DNA of 57,986 nucleotides, filler included, from Basidiobolus ranarum (Eukaryota): NCBI GenBank assembly GCA_040143965.1. It is 2 parts of 2 records of this genome, joined end to end, with 100 filler letters (N's around TTAATTAATTAA, not from the genome) between each part and the next. Parts side by side here need not be neighbours in the genome. Positions count along the whole stretch, not along the records: positions 1 to 28,994 come from JASJQH010006985.1; 1 more part is not named here. One strand, 5' to 3'. Shown piece by piece: positions 1 to 10,764 of this stretch (position 1 is its first letter; each line of letters starts with the position of its first letter). The notes under the pieces were generated by a model. It saw only the letters and a program-made list of their open reading frames with translations, ran no database searches and was not told where the DNA came from. The position numbers and the translations under genes were made by a program.

Positions 1-275
1 CCGTCTTTACCGTCTTTGCCATTCAAACCGTCCTTACCATCTTTACCATCTTTTCCATCCTTTCCGTTCAAACCGTCTTTACCATTGAGACCATCCTTTC
101 CATTCTTACCATCAGGGCCTGGAACTGGAACGAAGATTGGCACTGGTGATGGATCTGGCTTCCTATAGGCTCTCTCAACTAAATGACCACCGCTTGCGGA
201 TAATTCTTCTAATGGAGATGCCTTAACCAGGGAAGCAGCACAGACAGAGAGGATGAAGAGAGCGGTAAATTTCAT
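1..275 (-). CDS. Secreted collagen-like (Gly-X-Y repeat) protein, 5' part; runs off the window start
   Basis: Hand translation from ATG at 275 gives MKFTALFILSVCAASLVKASPLEELSASGGHLVERAYRKPDPSPVPIFVPVP, then GPD GKN GKD GLN GKD GLN GKD GKD GKD GKD GLN GKD GKD G. This is a signal peptide plus 13 uninterrupted G-X-Y triplets. Not in the ORF track. Confidence 0.85.
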   Translation of the reverse strand, partial: MKFTALFILSVCAASLVKASPLEELSASGGHLVERAYRKPDPSPVPIFVPVPGPDGKNGKDGLNGKDGLNGKDGKDGKDGKDGLNGKDGKD

Positions 276-1030
276 TTTGTTAAATCAAGTGTTATCTAAT
301 AAATAAAAGATTCAAGGGAATTCAGCTGGTAAATCTAAATCTAAATGAGTATTTTCTGAAGATAGAGTGGTACATTGCTCACTATTTATTAGTTTTCCAT
401 TGGAGGCTTTCTGCAAGATAGTATGTTTATCGTTTCATAAGCGATGTTCAATGTGCTAAGGATAACACAGCTGTTGTGTTTATGCTCAGGGGTGTTCAAT
501 ACTTCCTGAGCTCTCAAAAGATCACTAATGATAGCCTTCTCCTTGCGGCATCTAATATCTCATTCAAGACAAAATATAAGAGCATTTCTACTATCGGATC
601 TACAAAACAGTTCCCCTGACCAACATCACCCGTTGCTGATCATTAGCACGAAATCCATCAAGATGTTTTATCTGCATCAAAGGATGTTCAAGCTAGCAAA
701 TAAATCTCCTGACATGCACAAACATGTACCTTATTATTTGATCTAAGCTTTGATATCGCAGTGATTGCACGCCCAAAACGTGTCTCCATTAAAAACCCAA
801 ATGCCAACTAAATCCCCAGCCAATCTAATCCATTGCAGCTGTGCTAAATATTAGAGCATTACGAGTCACAAACAGCACAGGAGTTTTGTATTGATAAACC
901 ATTACTGGATGGATTTAGCACTGTAACAAGTTTACTTCAATATACATTCGATGAGTTGATATAATAAATTAAGCTAAACATTCCCAGTTCTTTTTCTAAA
1001 AGATTAAAATACAAATAAGAACCAACTAGA

Positions 1031-2025
1031 CTATTGCTCTCCGGTTCTTCTTCTTTTGAATGGAATGCGTGTGTGCTGCTTAGCTGCGTTGTGCTTTCTA
1101 CGCTTTTCAATGACTTTATCGATGTTACCAGACTCTTTGATACTCTTGAACTTATCCATAAGCTCCAGTTTCTTGAGTTCAGCTGAAATAAACCATTAGT
1201 TGTGTGAAATATTGTCCAAGTGTACTCGTCAATAAAATCTTACCTCTTTTCAAGAAGAATGGCTTCTTTCCCTTGGACACTAACTCCATCTCAGCCTTCT
1301 TTCTATTATGCTTAATGTCCTGTTTACGATGCTTTTCGTTCGTAGCGGCTTGTTGAGATTGCTAAATTGAAAGTTTTAGCATGTACGCGTCAGCAACTTC
1401 TATCCAAGTGACATACCATTCTTTGAAGTTGACTCTTGAGTTTCTCTACTTGTTTGGGATCTCTCTCTTTAGAAATATTCTCCCGGAGCATTCTCAATTC
1501 ATCGGATTTGTAGTCTTGTAAAAACTGGTAAGATTTACCAAACATCTCTTCGTTCAATTTACCTGACAAATTGTCAAAACGTGGATCACGAGTTTTCTTA
1601 GAAAAAGAAAAGTTAGTGAAAAATACATATACAAGAAATATTTTCTTTTACATACTGGCTTAGATCCTTCAACGACAGTTCTACGACGACTAACAGGTCT
1701 CTTTGAAGTAATTTCCATGGGCCTTTATAAGAAAATGGAGAATGTTAATCGACTCCATTTAGTCGTATATAAATCCTGGTAAAAGGTTCACATACTTCTT
1801 TTTACTTCCTCTTCCTTTGGTGGAAGTGGCAACCTCTTCAGGACCAGAATCTGAATCCTCTTCAGAAGATTCTACTTCACTACTCAATTCTTCATCCTCT
1901 TCCTCACTCTCTTCAGCAACCTTCGCCTTTGTTCTAAATTTCTTGTGGAATTCTTTAAGACCAATCTCTTTCTGAATCTTAGCAAGTTGCTCAAAGGTGA
2001 TTTCTTCACTATCGTTACGTGGCAT
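1031..2025 (-). CDS. RRP36: rRNA biogenesis protein RRP36 (spliced)
   Basis: Exons read MPRNDSEEITFEQLAKIQ, PMEITSKRPVSRRR, TRDPRFDNLSGKLNEEMFGKSYQFL, GKKPFFLKR, KVIEKRRKHNAAK; GT-AG introns; TAG at 1031-1033. Confidence 0.85.
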
Positions 2026-2564
2026 GGTACTTGTCAAATACTAGTCTAAAAAAAAATAGAGAGAAGACACTTAGAATTTCGTGTCTTAGGAACGTTTGAC
2101 TTCAAATTGTACATGAGAAAAAAAGAAATAAATCACGTTGTGACTTGTGAGTTTATGATTGAATTTCATTTAATCAAAAAATTTCGGAATTTCTGATTAC
2201 CTTACCAAAGTATTATTGAATTCTTCACCCCCCTTACCCTGTATATTCTATATTCAATAATTGTAGTTTATTTCATTAGATTATATCAGTTATTTGAGCT
2301 CTCAATCAAAGCTCATGGGGTGAGTTCAATCAATCAGTATCTTGTGATGGGGAAACTTATGGGGCTCCATAATTTTAACATTTACTCGTATTAAGAGTTA
2401 GAGAGAAGCAACACCAATCCTCTTGGATAAGAAATTGGTGATAACTTTCAAAAGGTGGGTTTAGTAAATATTTCCCCCTCAGAGAAACTTACTTGTGCAG
2501 AAACTCTACCCCAGACCATTACTTTTATATTAATCCATTTCCTTTAAAGTTTATTAATTCAACT

Positions 2565-3010
2565 ATGAGTACTGAAAGCTGGAAATACCCTGAACATAAA
2601 ACTTACCCCAAAGTTACTGAAATCGAGGAAGTCGATAAAAGTGACCGTGAAGGTAATTATTCGCTTATTTGCTTGTTGTAAGTATAGTCATAAGATATTT
2701 ACCTTTGGTTCGTTTATTTTAGCTGTCTTGGCTGCTCGTAACCAAAGAGTGCGTGAAGATTGGGTTAATTTGATGGAGGAAAGAATCGTGAAAAAGAAAC
2801 TACGTGAATGTTATAAGACTCAAGGAGTCAATCATTATGAAAATTGCCGTCATTTGGCCCTCGCTTATCTCAAATCTCTTCGTACCAACAAAGTTCGTGG
2901 CCCTAGAGAAATCAAAGATACTTTGGCTGATGTGAGTTATTATTAACATTCAAATAGGAATTATTTTCATCTTTCTAACGAAATTTCGGTTATTTCTTAT
3001 TTAGTTTTAA
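2565..3010 (+). CDS. NDUFB10: Complex I accessory subunit NDUFB10/PDSW (fungal 12 kDa subunit), 3 exons
   Basis: REDWVNLMEERIVKKKLRECYKTQGVNHYENCRHL is the family signature. Intron 1 is gtaatt..ttag. The last intron (gtgagt..ttag) is followed by TTT TAA. Confidence 0.85.
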
Positions 3011-3556
3011 GAAACTTGCTAGATATTGAAAGTCGTCTTCTCTCCCCCTCCCTAACACTATAACCACTTCTCATTGTTCCAACTTTATTCGCATTATTAA
3101 AGTCTCATTTCTTGAACATATTCAGTTAATTATGGACCAGATATTTAGTGCTTATCAACCTAGTAATATGATCCAGTTGACCTGAGTTCTTAATGGCAAT
3201 ATTCATCCAAGAAATATTGCGTATAGAACTTTCCTAGCTCTATATGTCGACTAGTCACTCGGACTTTTCTCTATACATTATGAGGGGTATTTTCTGAATA
3301 CTCGCAATGAAATGTATTTCCAAAAACCTCCACCAACAGTTGAAACTAGAATCTAGTGATCTGGAATAAAATCCAAAAATCATCATCCCATAAATATTAC
3401 ACCATAAAAAAAGAAAAAAAAAGCAAATCCCTTGTAGAGGTGGTAAAACTTAGTTGATCAAAAGGATTTTTTTTGAATACGAGCACTGGTGTTGCAAAGA
3501 GAAGAATTATCTGTGACCTGATAGAAATTGTATACTTTTCTTCTACTTTATCCAGT

Positions 3557-4510
3557 ATGATGACTTCTTTGTTTGAAGATTCCGAATTAGATGCGTTGCT
3601 TAACGCTGCCGAGCAAACTTTCAAATCGCAAGGAAAGAAGTAAGATATTCTATGGATATTTGGATGTCAAAATAGTTTCTTTGAAAGTCTCCTCTTTCTA
3701 ACTTATGAACCAATTTTTCTTCTTATAACAATAGTGAGAAAACTGAAGCTCCTTTGATGAGGTATAGATATTATATATCGATTTTTGAGTAGGGCTCAGT
3801 ATCAGTTTTTAACTCGAATTTAGCTTTCCATCTCTAGAATCTGGGATCAATATCAAAGAGAATCTTTACATTGCGACCAAGAAGAAGGGTGTATCCAAGA
3901 TGAAACATGAAGCTGTAGCTTTAGAAGATGATAATGAAACCACTGAAAAAGAGCAGGCTTTAGAAAAGCTTCCCGTTCGAAAGATGTTAAAAGCTGAACA
4001 GCCAACCAAGAAAGAACTTGCTAAGGTATTCGCGATTGAGTTTCCTTTATATTCTAATATTAGACTAACGTGTTCATTACTTAATAGGAAAGAGAAAAGA
4101 CTACTGGTGCTAAATGGTTTGATATGCCTGCTCCTGATATGACTGAGCAGTTGAAGCGCGACCTGACTTTGATCAAGTTGAGAGGTGTACTCGATCGTAA
4201 ACGTCATTACAAGAAAGATAACAGCAAAGAGCTCCCCAAATACTTCCAGGTAAGCTCCTATTTGAAATTCATATGCCCGAGCCTTTCATTAACGTATTTT
4301 TATTTTCCATAGGTTGGAACTATTATTGAAGGTGCAGGAGAGTTCTACTCTGCTCGTCTCACTCGTAAAGAGCGTAAAGAAACCATTCTGGATGAGCTTA
4401 TGGCCGATACTGACTCCAAGCGTTACTTCAAACGTAAATTCTTAGAAGTTCAAGAAGTTAAGCAAGCAGGAGGCAAGAAACATTTCAAGAAAAAGTATAA
4501 GAAAAATTAG
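3557..4510 (+). CDS. FCF2: Fcf2 pre-rRNA processing protein (DNTTIP2-like), spliced
   Basis: KTTGAKWFDMPAP..LKRDLTLIKLRGVLDRKRHYKK..PKYFQ/VGTIIEGAGEFYSARLTRKERK matches the Fcf2 domain. 5' exons start at MMTSLFEDSELD. Confidence 0.88.
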
Positions 4511-4657
4511 ACTACCATCAGTCTTCACATGATTATTAGAACGTCACATAGCCCTCCTTTTTGTAAAAATTTAATTTCTTTAGTTGGACTTTTCATAATC
4601 AACTTCTGCTGCTTTGTTCTTACAAAAATATAATGTATAAATGACCATCGATCAAAC

Positions 4658-5648
4658 CTATGCTTTACTCATCTTAAAGACTCGGTACGGTTGATTTTGA
4701 AACTCTGTGTCGATTTTATCTTGGGGAATCTAGTACGGTTCATCATAAGTATAAGAATAAAGAAATGCAAGTCTAACCACATAATTACCTCTTCAACTAA
4801 GAAAGAGAATCTCTTAGCCAACAAGAAAAATTTCTCTTCACCCAAGCCTCGTTGCTTGTAGACCATATAGATTTCGGTCTTCGGACCAGACAATAGACGT
4901 AAGGTTTTTAGTAGATCCTTGTGAAACTCGTGTAAGTACAATATTTCCGATCCTAGAATCACGTCGTATGGCGCGGACAAGTCGTTCAGCTGTATTTCAT
5001 TTCCCCTATTGTACATATTTACTATGGTTGTTCACTAGAATATCGAATTCAATCATCGTACCATGTCAGAGTTTTAACTTCTATGTCTTCTTTCAACAGA
5101 GTGCTAGGTTTGGTTGTCAAGGTTGCCACGTTTAACTCAACATTCTTTTGCGTGTGTTGTACCAGGTCGGCTATTTCTGTGAGAGTCACTTTACCACCTA
5201 TACAGCACAGTTAGTTACTTCTCTCACAAAGTAAATATCAGACAAACCTAGTGTCCAAGTTACTAATCCTACTAAACCCGTTCCAGCACCAAGCTCAATA
5301 CATTTCTTCCCTTTCACCTTTACATGATTCTGGACAAACTTTGACAGGATATATGCCTGTATGATAAAGAGAAAGTCAGGAAAGGTTATATACAAAATCC
5401 TGTACCAAGTAATAAATAACATACACCATCCCACACAATGTTCCCGGTGTTTTGTGTAATGTCTATTTTTTGGTCTTGCTTTTGTTCTATAGTAACTAAG
5501 AGACTATCAACGGTCTGGATTTGGTTGATTTACTACCCAAGATCAACTTACTTTTATGTCCATTAAAAAGAAAAGACCTCACTGGATCGTATTTTTGGTT
5601 GGCGTATGGATTGCAGAACCTCCAAGGGACTAGCGAGCTCTCAGTCAT
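4658..5648 (-). CDS. METTL21/EFM-type protein-lysine methyltransferase (Methyltransf_16 family), spliced
   Basis: Motifs TGNIVWDG/AYILS, KKCIELGAGTGLVGL (motif I), LTW/G and YDVILGSEILY are joined across canonical introns. Confidence 0.85.
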
Positions 5649-6157
5649 TGCAAGTATAAATTAGAACTCCTCACGAATATGACTAAGCCCAAAATTATAT
5701 CCCAATCTAAAACAATGTTCGGAAATCAATCCAAATCGACGTCACTCAAGATATTTTTACAATATTGGCATTGTTTTAGCCTTCTTGGCAACTCTCAAGT
5801 CCATGAATATCTATTAGCTCCATAGGGTTTCAGAAACATAAGAGGAAAGTGATAAAGCACATCTTAGCTATTACTATTGATCCAACCTCATAGTTATCGG
5901 TCTAGCCAAAGCTAACATAATAGAGCCTATGATTTATTTCAGTGGAAAATAGAGCGGGTTAATTAATAATTATCGGCAATTTAGAATCATCATGTCATGG
6001 AGATTTCCGAATTCCCGAAATATTTTATGGCGGAAAATTTCCTTAGCGCAAACTTACACGGGCATTGTATTATCTTGAGACGGCGAAAATACCACTTTTG
6101 AAAAGAAGCCTTGGCAAAAACCCAAGAGAAACCCGTTAAAATTAGGAATTTGCCAAT

Positions 6158-7709
6158 ATGAAGGAAGTGAGAAAAAGAGGTAGACCAAGACACGAACTCT
6201 CCGAACATTTTATTGTGTTGGATGAAATGGCAAATAAGAAGGATCGTTTTGCTGTATGCAAATATTGCGCAGAAACCAAAGGCGAAAACGAAGCTTTTCG
6301 ACATAAGATTTTAAACAAAAAAGCAAACTGCAGAAAACACTTGGAAAATTGTTCTCATTTTACGGGCACTTTACCTCCACTCGAAGAAACTCCCAGGAAA
6401 CATGATAGTATATTATTAGATAATTCTATGATTGAAAATGCTCAATCTCCCACCCCTCGAACACCGAATTCTACTTTACAAACATCGTGTCCAACTCCCC
6501 CTTTGATGTCTATGGAGCACTTTACGTTTCCTCCGGATTTAGTTTTGAACTCAACTAGCACAGAGTCTTTGATATCTAGGGTGGAGCGACACATGGGATT
6601 TATTGCCCCTCTCTCTTTAGCCGACACAGCTTGGGATAACGTTGGGTTAATTATAGGTATTCCAAAGTTGAGTACACGTTCTTGACCCATCATACTGATG
6701 CAATTCTTTAGAGCCACCCAAACCTCGTCCATTCACTTCACGCGTACTTCTGACTAGTGATCTAACGAAGCAAGTTCTAGACGACGCAATAGCAGAGCCC
6801 AAGATTGGCGTTATTGTTTCTTATCGACCGCCAATTTTTGAGCCATTAAAACGATTGAATACCGCTGATGAAAGACAAACACTTATCATGAATTGTATTA
6901 TTAACGGAATTTCTGTCTACTCGCCTCATTCGGCCCTAGATAACTGTGATGGTGGAGGTTAGTTATACATCGAGTTTGACTCTGTTGAGAGAGTGTTTCT
7001 AAAGTTTTATTTTGATAGTAAACGATTGGATGAGTCGTGCTTTAGGAGATGGGATACTAGAATCTATTGTATTGAATCATAGTCACTCGGGTGGTATGTA
7101 CTTCGATTCATTCCAGCTTGATTTTGAACTCATTATATTGTTCCTTTAGAACGCGTTGGCTCTTCTGTGGGACGTATATTAACATTGAGTCACGCCACTT
7201 CACTTGACATGATTGTTGCTCGTCTTAAACTCAATTTAAGTGTAAAGCATGTACGCGTAGCTCCGTCACCAAAGCACTCACAGAAAGATGGAATTTTCCC
7301 ACCAACCATTCGTACCATTGGTATTTACGCTGGCTCAAGTAAAGCAAAAGAAATGCTATTAGATGTTGTTGGTTTTTGTTTTCCTTATTCATGACCTTTG
7401 ATTCTCTAGATTCTTCAGCCTTCACTTCTATACAAGCGGATTTGTACTTTACTCGAGATATGTCACGTCAAGAAATCATTGCTGCTACTTTTAAAAATAC
7501 AAGTGTAATTTTGTGTGAGTGCTGATCTTGATTCATATGCTTAAAACCTTTACTCAATTTACTTTTAATTAGGTCAAGACTCAAACACTGAGCGTAGTTA
7601 TCTTCGTCATGTACTCAAGCCTAGACTTGAGAAGCTGTTTCAAAATGAAGGAGAGTCAGTTGAGGTGACAGTTAGTGAACATGATAGAGATTCATTGCTC
7701 TTGATGTAA
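6158..7709 (+). CDS. BED-like zinc finger/AT-hook fused to a NIF3 domain with degenerate metal site (6 exons)
   Basis: N-terminus reads KRGRPR..HF..AVCKYC..RKHLENC. The same open exon continues into APLSLADTAWDNVGLII. Later exons give VLLTSDLT, VSYRPPIF, YSPHSALD, GVNDW, DLYFTRDMSRQE, ILCQDSNTERSYL and VSEHDRDSL, following NIF3 motif order. Confidence 0.85.
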
Positions 7710-8065
7710 AATACTTCATTTACAATGATATTCGAATGAGTATGAACTGACGATAGAAAATACATTGCTTCATATGTAATATATATTTATTAAACTTGTC
7801 ACTTGTTGTAAATTCTTCACATCTTTGGACTTGCTGATCATTTTTTTTATTTCTTTTCTCACTCAAATAGGTAGGTTTCAATTTTCATTTCATGAATGAA
7901 AACATCCCACTATATATATTTTACAATAGCGAAGAATTATGCATTCAAAAAAAGTCAAAAAAAAATAGTGACTGCTGTAATAAGAAGATAATACTAAAGT
8001 TTATGAAGTTTGATATAAGATAAAGTAGAGCATAGTCTAGTCTGATGCTGGATTGCCAGGTTTCT

Positions 8066-9439
8066 TTATACTTCAACCATCTCCAAATCATCATCATCAT
8101 CATCCATTTCTAGCTCTTCGTCAATATTAGGCTCATCGCCATTACCCTCAGCGGTTTTGTCATTATCTTTCTTGTCTTTCTCAGCTTTCTTAAACTCTGG
8201 TTTCAATTGGTACATTGAGGTATAAGGACCTTTCTTGTTAAGAATACATATCTCATTAAGGACTTCTTTAAGATACGACTATGGGTTTTTGTGTTAGTAG
8301 TGATAAGCAAAATAGCATTCTTTAGTAGGAATTAGTCTACTCACCACAGGCTGCTTTGTGTACTCGATAATACCCTTGAGAGTCCAGTATGGGAACTTTT
8401 CGAAACCTTCGAATAAAAGATCCATGAGCTCGTTTCGGGGCATACGAATTGACTTGGAATCTGGATTGGGCTTCGCTTTTTTCTAGAGAAATTTTTTCGT
8501 AGAGGAATTAGTAATCAAGGTGCGCATTCCATACTAGCGGTCTTAAAATACTAACGAAGCTGTTTCCGCGGAATTCTGACATAGCACGAGCTGCTGGAGC
8601 CAACATAGCAGTCTTATCATTGTCGGATAATACTTTAACTGAACGCTGAGGTTTTCCAGCTTGCATTAAACGTCCTCTCATAATTCGACGGTATTCATCG
8701 TTATACACTGGTACAACTCCACATTCATGATGAACAGTACCAGCCAAAGAATCAGCAACTATTTAGATAGAAATTAGTACAATATTCATAGTAAAACTAA
8801 ACTGTATGTAACCCCCTTACCACCAGTTTTTCCATCCTCCTTGAAAACGTACATATTTTGAACTTGCTGATTGGTAATTTGTATGTTATATTCTCTTGGG
8901 ATATCAGTTGTTGTTGATGAATTTGGAATTAGTAACGAAATCTAGTAAATGTGTTGTTTAGTTGGGTTTATGTCAGGAAGCAGATATAATAATTAGGTTA
9001 CTTTTGGAGGTTTCGGGCGACCAACAGTACTTGGTGGACTAAAGAATAGAAATCATCAAATTTGAATCGTAAATATTTTGTGCATCAGCGCCGATTAGAA
9101 GAAGCTAAGTAAAATCAAGAAACTTACGCTTCAAATATCCGTACTTTTCCCATGTCTAAACCATCCTCTTCTATCTTATCCCATTTCTCAGCCAAAAATT
9201 TTGGTACCTAAACAATGGTTATTAAGTGGGCGTCCTTTCTACGTGAAGGATAGTTTACTCCTTTTCTCCTTTTAAAAATCGAAAAACTTTCTCACCTTAA
9301 CCAACCAAATCTTCGTGTCTAAACTACTTAGATCTAAATCAACATTTGAATGATCTTCTTCGATAGGGACAAGTTCCTCTTCATCCTCTTCGTCAAAGAG
9401 ATAATCAACCTCTTCAGATTTTCTCTTTGTTTGTGACAT
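8066..9439 (-). CDS. TFG2: Transcription initiation factor TFIIF beta subunit (RAP30)
   Basis: KIWLVK/VPKFLAEKW, AGTVHHEC, IRMPRNELMDLLFEGFEKFPYWTLKGIIEYTKQP, YLKEVLNEIC..KGPY..MYQLKPEF. Confidence 0.92.
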
Positions 9440-9717
9440 TGGATAACTTGGTGCTTTCAAAAGAAAGTATCAATCGTTTATTGATAGATTTAAATATTAA
9501 AAAATATGTGAAGGGATCCATATTTAAACCAATTCAAAAAAAGCGCCAAATCCAACTCAAAAATTGAAGGTTACTTTTCAACAAATATCGATGATGAGAT
9601 GAGATCATGTGAATGATACTCCATACATATAAAATTCAGGTAATTTCAGAAGTGTACTAAACGTCACTGAAAAATACTACAGTCACTTATTCTTGCTCTT
9701 TTCAAGCTCCACTACCT

Positions 9718-10431
9718 ATGTCAAAGGACCAAGATTTAGAAACTCGTCTGGGAAATCTTAAGGAAAACAATCACCTTGAGACGGAAACTGATGACGAACT
9801 ACAGCAAAGATTCAATAAAGTCTTTGGTCACAAGGCTGTAATTTCAAATAGCTCCTTTGCTGTACCAGATTCAGCAGTGGACCAGGATGAAGTTGAAAGA
9901 CTATTGAACGAATTGGAATTAAGTGAAGAAGATTTTACTGAGCAGTTCGGCATCTCATCTGATATTCCCAACTTGAATCCTGCACAAACCACCAAACTCA
10001 ATCAGGCTGTAGAAACTTTTTTAGGACAGGATGAAAGTTCATCTCAAGATATTCTAGAAGAAGACTCGCTAATCCGACAAGTCAACGAAGAGATATCTCT
10101 AAATGATAAATACAAGCATATTGAACTCAAGTTTGATAACGACCTGCAGTCACGCTTAAACGACCTTAAAGAGAATCCACCAGTGCTATCCCCATCTAAA
10201 GATTTCAACCAATCCACCCTAGGACCTCCACCAAAGCCTTTATCTATATCAGATTTCAACGAGGAGGATAATTGGTGTTGTATCTGTAATGAGGATGCTA
10301 GTGTGGAATGTCGTGATTGCGATAACGATAAATACTGTCAAAAATGCTTTAAGGAGGGCCATTACGTCGATCCTATTGATTGGGAGTACAAAAACCACAA
10401 GTTTGTCGCTATTAAAGCATATAGCAAGTAA
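9718..10431 (+). CDS. ANCHR/ZFYVE19-like protein with C-terminal B-box-like zinc finger, no FYVE domain
   Basis: C-terminal WCCICNEDASVECRDCDNDKYCQKCFKEGH resembles the ZFYVE19 C-terminal finger; acidic helical N-terminus. Confidence 0.7.
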   Translation: MSKDQDLETRLGNLKENNHLETETDDELQQRFNKVFGHKAVISNSSFAVPDSAVDQDEVERLLNELELSEEDFTEQFGISSDIPNLNPAQTTKLNQAVETFLGQDESSSQDILEEDSLIRQVNEEISLNDKYKHIELKFDNDLQSRLNDLKENPPVLSPSKDFNQSTLGPPPKPLSISDFNEEDNWCCICNEDASVECRDCDNDKYCQKCFKEGHYVDPIDWEYKNHKFVAIKAYSK

Positions 10432-10764
10432 CTACTCTTCTCAAGGATGGTTGAGATAAGCCACTACATATTCTTTTGTAATTTACAAAATATCTTTTTG
10501 AAATCTTATGAATATATGCTGTTTTTATTTATTGTGAAGTTAATGTAATATCATACGAAATTAATCCTTTTGATTAAATGCTCTGATTAGCTCTACCAGA
10601 GTCAGGGTGAAAACTACAAGAACATCAGTTTTTGTTTATCAAGTTCATTAGCCTGTGATTTGTTTTTGTTTTGATTCATACCATACTAATCAAAACACTT
10701 CAGATATTAATATTCTTTGTCGAGCAATAATCATTACTTTTCTTTCTGTTTACCTATTTTTACA

